Source: Octopus sinensis
Lineage: Eukaryota
Length of the DNA stretch: 64,000 nucleotides
NCBI RefSeq assembly: GCF_006345805.1
Contig: NC_043005.1
Location: 16,802,001 to 16,866,000 of the forward strand
Direction: 5' to 3'
Every line of letters starts with the position of its first letter. The stretch's first letter is position 1. Below are positions 12,911 through 26,077 of this stretch, one piece after another. Position numbers and translations under genes: made by a program. Below the pieces are notes generated by a model. That model was not told where the DNA came from, searched no databases, and saw only the letters and a program-made list of their open reading frames with translations.

Positions 12911-13265
12911 TAATGTCACAATTTATGCTCCTAACACTAGCTTAATGATTAAGTTATTTTACTAAATTCTCTGTTATATTTAAAATTAATTGAAGGAAAC
13001 AGAGAGCATCTCAAAATAAATATGGTAATTGAAAGAGTTAAGAATGAAACTGTCATAGAATAACTTTTTTGAACTGGCGATAGTTAAAATAGAGCCTAAA
13101 AATGTTCTGTTGAGGTTTACAAATAGAAGTTTTAGGTTATATTTTTGAAGTCCCAATTTTTGTAGCAGAGTGAACTCCTTGCTCAAAAGCTCCCAAGAGT
13201 CTTATAATAGCATTCAACAAAGGCAACAAAGTAAGTGTAACATGTAATCCCAGCTTATTGTCTTA

Positions 13266-13483
13266 ATCCTTTGGCATTTAAACTGACCACATCTGGCTGA
13301 ATGTTCTACCTGTTTTGTGTTCAGACTGGTCAGATCTGGTCTCTCACACCTGCCCGATGATGTCACTCTAAAAATAGTCACACCATTGAAATCTCAAAAC
13401 TACAATTTAATGCATGATTAATTAAAAACAATGTTAATAGACATGGATTACATTTGACAGTAATCTGAATGCTAAAGGGTTAA
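13266..13483. mobile_element. piggyBac-like MITE (family F)
   Basis: TTAATCCTTTGGCATT ... AATGCTAAAGGGTTAA. Confidence 0.8.
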
Positions 13484-14581
13484 GAACAGAATGGTTCATT
13501 GAATAGTGTAGTCTTAACTATGCTGCTTGAAAATAAGATGGAATGGTCATGGCTGAGATTCCTTAATCATGGTGCTAAACAACAATATACTGTAATATCT
13601 TTATCTTATCTAGTTTCAGCTCACGAGCTGTGGCCATGCTGGGGCACCGCCATTCGATATTTCAATATTTTTGCTAACAATTATCCTGGTTTTGAATATA
13701 TTATTCAGATTTTAGTGATAGCAAAATAAACCTTAAATGAAGTGGGGCAGATGAAGGGACATACGGGTAAAAGTAAGAAAAATAAGAGAGAGAGAGAGAG
13801 AGGGGGGAGTGCTTCAGTAAAACTTTGGAGAAGAGAAACCCTATCCCGTTGAAGTATAGATGTACAGAATATACTAACTGAACTACAGAAGAGAACTGGT
13901 TGGGAGACCATATGTAGAAGTCCCAGGTGATGTCAGATAGGGGAGCACCCATGGTCGTGTTAATAAGTAAATAACAAGAAAATGAATTGTAACCTGGTAT
14001 TTCTCCTCTTCCTCCTCCTCCTTCCTTCTCAGGAGTAGTAGTAGTAGTAGTAGTAGTGGTAGTAGTAGTAAATAAACCAAACAGAACAGAATGAAAACTA
14101 TAACTAGCAAAAGTCCCTTTCCCCAACATTCTGTTTATTTAGGGTAATTTGGTTCAAAGTAATGAAAAAAGGCCAGTTGATCCCACCCCTTTTCTGGCTA
14201 GCAATGTCTCGTCCCTCCTCCCCCTCAACTATCTTATCCCTCTCCCTTTCTATCTTACACTATTTCTTTTCTCTACATTCTCCTCTGTTCAGTCTTTACT
14301 GTTTTGTCTTCTCCTCTGACTTCTCTCTTCTGTTTTATTGCCTCCTCTGTACTTCTCTCTCTCTCTCTCTTCTTACTGTATCTTTCCATCTCTTTTCTGC
14401 TTTCTCTTACTCTTCCCCCACCTTCCTCCTCCTTTGTTTTCCTCTCTGTCTTTCACCTTCAATAGTAGTATTTCATTGTATTGACCCAGGAGAAATGAAA
14501 TGCAAAAATCAACACTAGCGGGAGTTGAACTCAGAACATGACTCCATATGATTAAAATGTATTTCCCCCATTACTCAACTA

Positions 14582-15426
14582 CAGGGGTGAGGAAACCCCC
14601 GCACAGTTTCTCCCGCAAACCCGTTTTATTTTGTCCACAGGGTGATATACTCGTATGTACAAAATATAGATTTTTCAATTATATAATTTATACAATATTC
14701 GTATGCCTATTTGCGACATAGGTCATGTTTCCACTACAACTTAAAATAGTTGGTTGATAGAAACTCGTTAGGTAATTGCCATTTGAATGGACATTTTGTT
14801 TTCATTATATAACCCATATTACTAGGTGTGTACCACCTCCTTGAGACCCAACTATACTCCAGCTGAAAAATGTAGCTTCACAGGTAATATAAATGTCCTA
14901 AATTCAGTGGCAGCGTTGATGTTACGCATTACTTTAATGTGTTAAACTTATCTTTATTTAATGTGTATTGAATTCATCATCATCGTTTAGCGTCCGCTTT
15001 CCATGCTAGCATGGGTTGGACGGTTCTACTGGGGTCTGGGAAGCCAGAAGGCTGCACCAGGCCCAGTCTGATCTGGCAATGTTTCTACGGCTGGATGCCC
15101 TTCCTAATGCCAACCACTCCGTGAGTGTAGTGGGTGCTTTTTATGTGCCAGACAAGGCTGGCAAATGGCCACGATCGGATGGTGCCTTTTACATGCCACC
15201 AGCACGGAGGCCAGGCGAGGCTGGCAACAGCCACGATCGGATGGTGCTTTTTATGTATCACCAGCACTGGTATCACAGCTACAATTTCCATTGATGTTGA
15301 TCGATTTTGATTCTGATTATATATACAAGATCTACACAGATATCAAAGTTAGATCCTGTGATCCGTCCACAGATCTTTTTCTTTGTAAATTTTTGCCCAC
15401 CGTACTAAAAAGTTTTCCCACCCCTG
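14582..15426. mobile_element. hAT-like MITE with a nested retroposon
   Basis: TIR CAGGGGTGAGGAAA / TTTCCCACCCCTG; 8-bp TSD CTCAACTA / CTCTACTA. Confidence 0.8.
14975..15315 (-). mobile_element. Retroposon family D (RTE-type 3' end or SINE, (ATG)n tail)
   Basis: Shares GGCATTAGGAAGGGCATCCAGC and the (GAT)n tail with copies near 9060, 20800, 32620, 34765, 47400, 56095 and 56366. Confidence 0.8.
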
Positions 15427-15498
15427 CTCTACTACCTCTGCTGATTGATTGGTTGACTTAAATGATTACTCAATCCATCAATTAGTTAATTGGGTAAA

Positions 15499-15720
15499 CC
15501 AATATTCTCAATTATTTTTTTGGCCTATGGACCCCTGTGATTCCAGTTTAACTCAACTGGACCTCCATAGCCATTGGGTTTTTAAAATATCCTATTGTAT
15601 TTTTATGATATAATTAGGAATTATATATAAAAATGATATTATGTATCGTAGAAGTATAACCAATTTGTTGCACATAAGCTTTAACAACAAAATCTTATAT
15701 AAACCCGTTAAGAATCACTG
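15499..15720. mobile_element. hAT-like MITE, same family as 46374-48015
   Basis: GGACCCCTGTGATT...ACTGGACCTC segment and AAGAATCACTG end match the 46374-48015 element in reverse orientation. Confidence 0.6.
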
Positions 15721-16609
15721 TGTTAAATGGTTTACTAATTGACTTTTAAATAGTAAAAGTGAAATCAAACCAGCATGTGTGTTTATTATTAGCATAATGA
15801 CCCTCCCAAGATACAACAAACTCTTATAAACACTTGTATTAGGTTGTTTTGTTCTCAGGTTTAGTTAATGGTTCTGTCTGTTCTTCAGCTTGATTTTGGT
15901 AACAGTGACTGCCAAAACAAGTAACCAGACTTTAAAACACAAGTACTGGGATTGTTTTGTTTGACTAAATCCTTCAAGGTGATGCTCCAGCATGGCTGCA
16001 ATCATGTGAGTGAAACTACTAAAAACTAAGAGAAGGTTATCCTATGTAACTTTCCTTTTAATTGAAATGCCAGTGTTAGATTCGAGTAAGATTTGGTTGC
16101 TATTTCTAGCAGACTGAACAAATGTACTCAAATTCTCTCTTAATGGTTTTGAATAGAATTACGTTATTGTGAGAAGTGGCAAATTATATATTCTCAAACC
16201 TGATAATGTTAACTGTGTTGCCTGTCTCAAACGTTGAGCCAAAATCTTTCCATTAGATCTAGTGGGATATTTTTTTTATTGTTATAATTACAGAATAAAA
16301 TGGAATCGGCTGTCTAACAGTTCTTTCTTCACTCTATTCCCAACATCCTTTAAACCAGCCTCACTCAGACAGGACCCTACTGAAAATGGCATCCCTAACT
16401 TAACATTTAAAAATGTTAAGCTGGCATGAGAAATGTCAAAACAGTTGTAATGTTTCATTTGGCTTAATTACTACTGCAGTAGGAACAATTTTTAGAACCG
16501 AAGTGACACCGTTATCATCTTTCTAGTCCCTAAAATAGAAACCAAAAAAGTAAAACTATATCCTAGCCTGTATTGTCTAATTTCAAAGCATACATTACTC
16601 TCTCTCTCT

Positions 16610-16985
16610 CGTTTGTCATTTGACTGCGACCATGCTGGGGTACTGCCCTGAAGGGATTTAGTGAAAGAAATCGACCCCAAGACTCAAGCCTAGTATTTAT
16701 TATATTGGTCTCTTTTGCTGACCTGCTAAGTTACGGGGACATACACATTACCATCGGTTGTCACACAATGGTGGTGGGGGTGAAGACGGACACACACAGA
16801 TACATACACACATGCACGCACACACACACACACACCACACGACAGGCTTCTTTCAGTTTCCATCTACCAAATCTACTCATAAGGCTTGTGTTGGATTGGG
16901 ACTATAGTAGAAGACACTTGTCCTAGGTACTGTGCAGTGGGATTGAACCCAAAACCATATATTTGGGAAGCAAACTTAACTATAC
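16610..16985 (-). mobile_element. SINE family A (diverged)
   Basis: Colinear similarity to the other family A copies. Confidence 0.8.
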
Positions 16986-17096
16986 AAACTATGAAACATA
17001 ATATTCTTTCTGCTATTAGCACAATACCTGCAATTTACAGGGGGTGATGTTGGATGATTACATCAACCCCAGTGGTCAACTGGTATTTATGTTATC

Positions 17097-17328
17097 GGCG
17101 GCGAGCTAGCAGAAGCGTTAGCACACCGGGCAAAATGCTTTGCGGTACTTCGTCTGCCGTTACGTTGTGAGTTCAAATTCCGCCGAGGTCGACTTTGCCT
17201 TTCATCCTTTCGGGGTCGATAAATCAAGTACCAGTTACGCACTGGGGTCGATGTAATCGACATAATACCTATGTCTGTCCTTGTTTGTCCCCTCTATGTT
17301 TAGCCCCTTGTTGGGTAATGAAGAAATA
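17097..17328 (+). mobile_element. tRNA-derived SINE family B nested in an older antisense relative (about 17000-17460)
   Basis: GGCGGCGAGCT head, GAGTTCAAATTCC B box, central GACTTTGCCTTTCATCCTTTCGGGGTCGAT. 15-bp TSD GGTATTTATGTTATC at 17082 and 17329. Confidence 0.9.
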
Positions 17329-19633
17329 GGTATTTATGTTATCGTGTTATCGACCCTGAAAAGATGAAAGGCAAAGTGGACCTTAGCAGAAATTGAACTA
17401 AAAGCTTAAAGATGGACAAAATGCCACTCAGCAGTTTATCTGGCATGTTAACCACTTCCCCAACTTTCCACTTCTTTTATATCCGCATAATTCATTTTGC
17501 TTCACTTTCTAAATATAAACTTGTTGCTCAGTCTTGAGATATCCAACAAATATTATTTTCTTAAAACTTTTCTCTTTTTTTTTTTTTTTTACAAACAGAA
17601 TAACTCAGAGGCTCACAGACTAAGATATATAGCTTTAGAGTGTTTCATAAATTATCTGGGAGTGCCACAGTTTAAGATTTGGGTGTTGTCCAATCACTTG
17701 AAAAGGGGTTGACTAAGATGAAGAATATGGTTTTGTTTTTGCACACGAGTTGTTAGTGCTGTGGTTTCTAGTTTAAGCTACTGTTTATCTGGCAGTTCCT
17801 CTGTGTGCCAAAAGAATTTATTGCACAAAACTATAAATAAGCTTAGAACATTGATCAAAAGGAAAATATACTTCTGAAATTGCTTAACAAAAAATTAATT
17901 GCATGTACCTCAATTAAGAATTTTGTGGTGCCACACTGGAGAGGAAAAAGAAAATTGCTGTGTTTTTCTTGAGAAATAAGCTTTCTCTAGTCTATTGAAG
18001 AATGGAGCTAATTGTGCCTTCTGCTTTTATACATACAGTTCTTCTCTTTATGAAATTAATTTTCATCTCTTTGATTTGCAGTAAAACTAATCAAAGAACA
18101 AACTACAAACATTTTAAATGAATTCTTCCCCACCTCTACCTGTTCTAACCTGACCATCTGTCTTTGTAAATAATACATTTTCTCAAGAAACTACTGTTAC
18201 TGAAATTGTATTATTGTCTTTCAACAAAAAAGTTTTTGAAATAAATAAATAAATAAAGAGCAAAGTATGCAAAAAGAGATAGAAAAAAATGCTTCCTCAC
18301 TGAGTTGTATGTAATTCAGCTGCCAACCCTATTCTGTTTGCTATCTATGGGGAATAACACTCATCCATTTAACCCGATTTCTTTTTCTTTCCATGTCTTT
18401 TCTTTTTTAGTAGATTTCTATGTTTAAACATTGCATTTCTAACTTTATCAAAAAGAAAACTTCTTTTTAGGTTGTTTTACAATAGATTTTCATAGAATAG
18501 AATATAGTTGGGTCTCAGGAAAAGAATGTATGTTCTTGTTACTACAGTACCCCTTTTAATCAATAGTTCTTTCAAATTATTGTAAAACGAAATATCCTGT
18601 ACTTCTTTAACAAGTGACTTGATCAACATAGATTGTCTTCATGTAGCCTGTTGATTGGAACTCCTTTTGGTAAAACCAGCTCCTATAGTGATAGATTCTT
18701 TCATTCTTTGTTGATTCTAGTATTAAAAAAAAAAGGGAGATACAAGAAATGAATTGTCTTAATGTAGCACATTTACTGCAAATCATTTTGGTAAAGCTTG
18801 CTCTTACAGCGATTGATTCCTTCATTGTTTGTTAATTCCAGTAGGAAATCAAAAAATACAAGAAGTAAACTAAAATGGCTCCACCAGGAATTGAACTCGA
18901 GCTGTAGAATTTAGTTTCCTGAAATTTTACCACCACCACTACTGTGCAGCTCTTGCACAAAATCAATTAGGTTTTACATTATCTGTCCATTTGACCTCAT
19001 AGAAGAGTTATCAATATATTTTGATTGAAAACTTTAAAAAGCTGATAATGAGAGGGAAAGAAAGTATGAGTGCCTGTGAGAATTATAAATCCTCGTTTGT
19101 AATTTAGCATTTTAAATAGAACTATTTATTGACATAATTCTTCAAATTGAAAAATTTTAAATTGACTTATGAATGGCTGAATGCACAAAACATTTAGCTT
19201 TAGCTATTCAACCACACAATGTTCAATATTTTGTCAAGTGTGTGTGTGTGTTCTATGATAGGTTACAACTGATTCTACTTAGAAATCTGGTAGAAGGTTA
19301 CCAGATATTGGCTAGATTCAAAAGTGATTTGATAGATTTAAAAAAAAAAAAAAAAAAAAAAAATCAGTTTCGTCTTCCCATGCATTTTTTTTCTTTCTAT
19401 GAATGAAGACTGCTGTGTTTTCATATGAAATTCTAACTTAAAGTTTATAATTTTATATATCTGCTGTAGTTGATGCCATATTTATCTTACAATGGACAAT
19501 GCATTCATGTTCTTACTAGCCAAACTAAATGATAAACAAATATCACTCTGGTTGAGCCAACAGAAAGACCTCTATGTGGCCCATTGACCCACTAGAGGGC
19601 TAAAATGTAGCCTTTTAAGATAAATACATTTTA

Positions 19634-19694
<61 letters not shown>

Positions 19695-21059
19695 TGTATG
19701 ACCCTTGATCCAAAGACTATCTGATCCACACTGACATCATAAAGTACTATCATCATAAAGAGGAAGGCTCTACATGGTTGTTTACCTTCCTAGAAATAGG
19801 AGCTAAGTCTCCCTCAAATTGCACCTTTCTGTGAAAGGAAAAAAAAACAAACACCAGAACATTTGGATAATGTAGTCCTAGGTACAATATGGTTATAAAT
19901 GAACCCCCCCCCCCCCCAAAAAAAAAACCTTAGTATGACTACTAGCAAAACATTTTTTAAGGTAGCTGCTGAAGTAGGAATAAGTCTGGGATTAAATATG
20001 AACACACACAAATAATGTATGAAACATTTGTACTAAAAGAAAATTTTATCACCCTCCCTCATGTGAGAATTATAAATCCTCATTTATAATTACATAAATA
20101 TACCATATCAATTCTTGATCTATTTCATTTATAAATTACATAAATATACCATATCAGTTTGCGATCTATTTCTCCACATACTGACATAAGTCGGTCGGGT
20201 TAGGAATCTGATGTATTAAATTGGTATTTTATCTTTGTAATTTTTTTTTCATGCAATGTATGTCTCTTGATTCTTCAAACAGTTTAAAGAAGTTTTTGTC
20301 ACTTCCAGAAGTAATTAAATAATTTTAATTACACTAATTAATTTATAGCAATTAAATTAATTAGATATTTTCTGAAATCTATTTATTTAAAAGCTAAAGC
20401 AATGTAGAATGCATTTCAGATTCTGTATATTTGACCTTCAGAAAATTTATATTTGATTCTGAAAGAACAAGATTATAAAGGTTCAAAGGTACATATATTC
20501 TGCACACATGCACATATACATGTCTATATATATATACATTCATTTGTGCCTCCATATACACATGTGTATTGATGTGGATGCTTGAAGATATTGAATTTCG
20601 TTATCAGTTTGAGTTTTCACTGTAATCATTATGTGTGTGTGTGTGTATGCGCAGTGCATCATGTATAAATGTAGTATTAAAAACCATGGAACTTTATGAG
20701 TAGCAGATGGAAAGCCACTAACAGCATTGGTGGAATTGCTAATTACCAAATGCCGGCCTTCACAGAGGCAATGACAAATTACACACTTGAGTAGAAGCCC
20801 TATGAAGCCAAGTGAAATCATAGTTGTGGAAGATATTGGTGCCATGCAAACTGACACCTGTGCTGGTGACATGTAAAAACCTTCATTACACTCTTGGAAT
20901 GGTTAGCGTTAGGAAGGGCATCCACCTGTAGAAATCATGCTAAATCAGACGAGAGTTTGGTGCAGCCCATCAGCTTACCAGCCCTGGTCAGACTGCCCAA
21001 CCCATGCCAGCATGGACAATGGATGTTAAATGATAATGTATTTCTGCTTCTTGGAGCAT

Positions 21060-21615
21060 CAGCGTTTTGAGTGGATTCGGTAGATGGAAACTGAAAGAAT
21101 CCTATTGTGTGTGTGTGTACACTTCTATTTGTTTGTCATTTGACTGCAGCCATGCTAGAGCACAGCCTTTAGTTGAGCAATTTGACCCCAGGACTTATTA
21201 GAACCCCGTTGTGTGTGTATATATACTTTTATTTGTTTCAGTCATTTGACTGCGGCCATGCTGGAGCACTGCCTTTAGTCAAACAAATCATCCCCAGGAC
21301 TTATTCTTTGTAAGCCCAGTACTTATTCTATCTGTCTCTTTTGCCAAACTGCTAAGTTGAGAAGTAAACACATCAGCATCAGTTGTCAAGCAATATTGGG
21401 GGGGGGGGCAGACAGAAACACACACACATATATATCCTACGGGCTTCTTTCAGTTTCTGCCTACCAAATCCACTCAAGACTTTGGTTAGCCTGAGGTTAT
21501 AGTAGAAGACATTTGCCCAAGGTACCACACAATAAAGACTGAACCTGGAACTGTGGTTGGTAAGCAAGCTACTTATCACACAGTTGACGGGCTTCTTTCA
21601 GTTTCCATCTACCCA
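21060..21615. mobile_element. Cluster of SINE family A fragments
   Basis: A + strand fragment, a partial tail duplication and a near full-length - strand copy (about 21225-21582). Confidence 0.8.
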
Positions 21616-21808
21616 AACTTTTATATTTAATATATTTAATGATTCTAATTTGTTTATCCACATAATTGCCTCTATAGCCATTCAACTTGATCCTTCTTAT
21701 AGCCATTTTTTACCTTGTGGAATTGATCTCCTAAATACATCAGTCTGTTTGAATCTTTTGAGTACTACTTAGTGTCATCTATATTGAGAATCTCTGGATC
21801 TTATCTGT

Positions 21809-21855
<47 letters not shown>

Positions 21856-21856
<1 letters not shown>

Positions 21857-21936
21857 GCTATCCCACTGATGAAAACTGGCCTTAAGCGAATATTTTTTTG
21901 CTGGAAATAGTTAGAAACCATGGTCTGGGAATAGTT
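21856..21936 (+). ncRNA. Minimal type-I hammerhead ribozyme motif in a ~200-bp unit flanked by (TA)n
   Basis: Stem I GGCTATCCCA/TGGGAATAGTT; CTGATGA at 21866-21872; stem II AACTG/TAGTT; GAAA at 21914-21917; palindromic stem III ACCATGGT; GTC site at 21923-21925. Confidence 0.7.
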
Positions 21937-22049
21937 GAGATGGTAAACGTTTTTAATTTTCATTCCTTTCGAGAATTTATCCTTTTTTTGTGGCTTTTGA
22001 GATTTCTACTGCACTTTTTAGCACAACACTTTCCTATTTGGAAGCCTCT

Positions 22050-22136
<87 letters not shown>

Positions 22137-22910
22137 CTTTGACCTACTCTCTTACCAGTGTTGGTTTGTTTACGTTCCTGTAACTTAGTTCAAAAAGCGA
22201 CGGCTGGAATATGTACTAGACTCTAAAATAATAAAAAAAAAAAACGTGGAGTTCATTTGTTTGACTAAACCCGTGAAGGTAATATAGTAGCATGGTCGTT
22301 GTCTAATGACTGAAACAAATAAAAGGCGTCTGTCTGTGTGTTTATGGTGGGATACATTTCTAAAATGCTAGTCTACTTTGCTGTCAACATTTTTTCTAGT
22401 AAGAAAGATCAATAAGGTTGATCCATCCATTGAGAGTTATTAATATCTATTATGCAGCTAGGTGAAACAGTTCATTGAACTGCAGATCAATACATTTGTC
22501 TTTGTTTTTGTATACATTCGCTGCTGTGCATATAGGTGATATGCTTAATTCTAGATTCCTTATTCAGCCAGCTGTTGGAAATACCTTAATTTCTGGTGGT
22601 GTTATCTAAGTAGAGAGAGCACCTTATAACTGACTATCTGATAGATCTGTAGTTCTTAGCCACTGCACTGTCCATCACCAAGGTATTTAATTCATGAATG
22701 TCCTAGTTGTATATAGAAATAAATAGGTATGCCATGTGAGGTGATGTTACACATGTATGTGTATCACACAATGTTTGCAACATGCATAATCCATGTTGAC
22801 ATGCAAGTGCATACAATGCATACAAATGCAGCACTTGCAATGTAGTTACATGCAACATGTACCCAATCACATGCAATGTAATGTGCATACACTTACCATT
22901 CATGCAAATA

Positions 22911-23469
22911 TTGGGTTGTCCAAAAAGTTCGCGCCGATTTTTAAAGGAAAGAAAAAGGTCAATAAATACTTGCCATTACATTTTTAATCAACCAAATATG
23001 AACCATTTTGTTGCACAATGCATCTCCATCTTTCCTTTAACTTAAAAATACCCTCTTCCCAGAATTGAGGTGGTTTCGTGGCAAAGAATTCAAGGTATCT
23101 TTTTAGGTCATCCAAGGAATTGAAATTTTTACCATTAATACTTTTCTGCAGAGACCTGAATAAGTGGAAATCCGAAGGAGCAATATCTGGTGAATATGGA
23201 CGGTGGGGTAACACATCCCAGCCGAGCCGCAGCAATTTTTGTCTAGTTTCCAAAACATCAAGTGCCGAAAATGAACTTACCTTCCATTTTAAAGGGTTAC
23301 TGAATTAACACAGGTTATTGGAACATAAACCTTCTTCCACGAAAAGATAGCTTAAATTGTACTCTAAATGGAGGTGTAGTCAAATCCTATTTTATAGACT
23401 CAACCATGTTCTAAAATAAGTCGAAAGGTAAGCTACTATAAATCGGCACGAACTTTCCGGACAACCCAA
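22911..23469 (-). mobile_element. Internally deleted mariner (Tc1/mariner) transposon
   Basis: About 30-bp TIRs TTGGGTTGTCCAAAAAGTTCGCGCCGATTT / AAATCGGCACGAACTTTCCGGACAACCCAA, with TA on both sides. Confidence 0.95.
22984..23287 (-). pseudogene. Mariner transposase remnant
   Basis: C-terminal WDVLPHRPYSPDIAPSDFHLFRSL (YSPD.APSD motif) joined to a frameshifted N-terminal MEGK..HFRHLM stub. Confidence 0.9.
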
Positions 23470-23756
23470 TATTAAAACACACTTGTTTGTACATTTAATA
23501 CATTGTTTTAATGTCTACTTTTCCATGTTTGTATGGATTAGACAAGAGTATGTTGAAGCGGAGTTTGCTACAGACTGGTGCCATCACTTGTTTTCATGTG
23601 TAGTAATTATCTCGAGTCTGTGGAACAACAAACAGCCCAACCATGTTTAAGCAGAGACCTGGAAACAGACGGCACCTTGTGATTGAGACTTCTGCTTACA
23701 AAGATCGCACGTCATCTCATGGTTGGTCATACTTTTGCAGTGGACTGTAAGCGAAC

Positions 23757-24131
23757 GTGGTGGAAGCACTCCGTCGGTTACGACGATGAGGGTTCCGGTT
23801 GATCCGAATCAACGGAACAGCCTGCTCGTGAAATTAACGTGTAAGTGGCTGAGCACTCCACAGACACGTAGTTCTCGGGGATATTCAGCGTGACACAGAG
23901 AGTGACAAGGCCGGCCCTTTGAAATACAGGTACAACAGAAACAGGAAGTAAGAGTGAGAGAAAGTTGTGGTGAAAGAGTACAGCAGGGATCACCACCATC
24001 CCCTGCTGGAGCCTCGTGGAGCTTTTAGGTGTTTTCGCTCAATAAACACTCACAACGCCCGGTTTGGGAATCGAAACCGCGATCCTACGACCGCGAGTCC
24101 GCTGCCCTAACCACTGGGCCATTGCGCCTCC
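23757..24131 (-). mobile_element. tRNA(Arg)-like SINE family C
   Basis: Head GGAGGCGCAATGGCCCAGTGG...GACTCGCGGTC (TCG in the anticodon-like loop)...GGTTTCGATTCC; TSD TGTAAGCGAAC on both sides. Confidence 0.92.
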
Positions 24132-24260
24132 TGTAAGCGAACTTCACCATCAATGAAGCCATTGTTTACAACCAACGCATACAAATGGCTGGCAAGCTTC
24201 TTTCAATTTCTGCGTACCAAATCCATTAAAAAAGCTTTATTTGGCTTGGGGCATTATTAG

Positions 24261-24299
<39 letters not shown>

Positions 24300-25130
24300 C
24301 TAAGGTGCCATGCATTGGGACTGAACCCAAACTCACTTCCGTTGGAAACTGAGTGTATCAACCACACAGTCTGTGCCAAGACACATCATTAAACGAGAGC
24401 ACTTAAAAGTAATGTGTATTCAGAACGTTTTGTTTCTATAGATCATGTCGAAAATGTTCACCTTAAGTTGGTATTTCTTTACTGTTTCGTAATTAGATTC
24501 CAACACAGCCTTATCCAGTTTTGGCTGAACTAAAAGGTCACTTTTATAATCCTCACTATACTTTGTATCGTTTGTCTTTCTTTGTATATTGTTTCTCTTT
24601 CTTTCTCTCTGTGTGTGTTTGTTTGTCTGTATTTGGCTTTGTGTGTGTGCATGCGTCTGTGTTTCTTTGTGCAGGCTTGTTAACACCATTTGTTGTTTCC
24701 CCACTATCTTGGGAGGGCGGGTTGGCTCATTGTGACCATGACTGGAACATTAAGTAAAATGTCTTCTTCACCAAACCCGTGTTTTCTTTACTCTGGTTAA
24801 TTCTAACGATAACTGCTCATTTAGAAACTGACAGTATAATTAACCAAGTTCGGCTGTGAAAAATCACTGAGAAATAAACAAACACCAACCGAACAACTTT
24901 GGTTAATTGTTCAAACTGTTACGTCCAGCATGAATTGATTTATTCTTTTACTGATGTCAGCCATCTGGTTGCAGTCACGCTGAGGTATTACCATATAACA
25001 TCAATAACAAGCATACGCATACGTACATTTATAAACACTGCATATACATGAATATGCAGAGCTTCTGAGAAGAATTTTATCAGTGTACAAAGTTTTTTTC
25101 AAACTCCTCCTTTTCTGTATTCAATAAATG

Positions 25131-25512
25131 GGAAGCACTCCGTCGGTTACGACGACGAGGGTTCCGGTTGATCCGACCAACGGAACAGCCTGCTCGTGAA
25201 TTTAACGTGTAAGTGGCTGAGCACTCCACAGACACGTGTACCCTTAACGTAGTTCTCGGGATATTCAGCGTGACACAGAGAGTGACAAGGCCGGCCCTTT
25301 GAAATACAAGTACAACAGAAACAGGAAGTAAGAGTGAGAGAAAGTTGTGGTGAAAGAGTACAGCAGGGATCACCACCATCCCCTGCCGGAGCCTCGTGGA
25401 GCTTTAGGTGTTTTCACTCAATAAACACTCACAACGCCCGGTCTGGGAATCGAAACCGCGATCCTACGACCGCGAGTCCGCTGCCCTAACCACTGGGCCA
25501 TTGCGCCTCCAC
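25131..25512 (-). mobile_element. tRNA(Arg)-like SINE family C
   Basis: Near-identical to 23757-24131; 12-bp TSD ATTCAATAAATG at 25119 and 25513. Confidence 0.92.
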
Positions 25513-25677
25513 ATTCAATAAATGCAATAAGCATAACAAGTCTGATATACCTACTTGAGTTAAAAAAAAAAAAAATTAAAAAAAAATCATACAAAGATCA
25601 GTTATACTGGTCAGCCATTTTGCAGATGTGAAAATGTCTTTGAAAATCAGCGAGAAAAAGAATATATCTGAAGATGC

Positions 25678-26077
25678 GGATCTTTTCCGTTTGAACGGCA
25701 GTTTTTAACATAATTTCTAGGTAACTAAAAAAATTTTAAACTGCGTATACTGGTAGAATGTGTTTATAAAACATCTTTTTCTCTAGGCTTTATTGAGAAA
25801 ATTCTATGGTTTGTAAGATATTTGTTATTCTTTTTCTGCAATTTCAACCAATCAAATACGTCTATTGAGGTAAAAAAAACCTTCTGTGCCGTATGAATGT
25901 CTCTCGTTTAAGAAACAGATTGGGTTTCTTTTCATTAGTGAAGAAAAAAAAGATGCCCTTCCCCCACCCTAACCCTAAAACATTGAAATACAATAGATCG
26001 ATACTAGAGTCATAATTATGGGTGACAATTTCATATGACACCGCTAGAAAAAACTGCCGTTCAAACCGAAAAGATCC
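25678..26077 (+). mobile_element. MITE family E (GG-terminal TIR, 8-bp TSD; Merlin-like)
   Basis: TIR consensus GGATCTTTTCGGTTTGAACGGCAGTTTTT; TSD GAAGATGC/GAAGCTGC; internal CCCTAACCCTAA. Strand is a relative orientation only. Confidence 0.88.

Noticed and set aside
24055-24131. tRNA genes at SINE heads
   Set aside because: A/B boxes are present but run into SINE bodies bounded by TSDs; no complete acceptor stem was seen.
25960-25980. Interstitial telomere
   Set aside because: Only about 2 TTAGGG units, and they are part of MITE family E.
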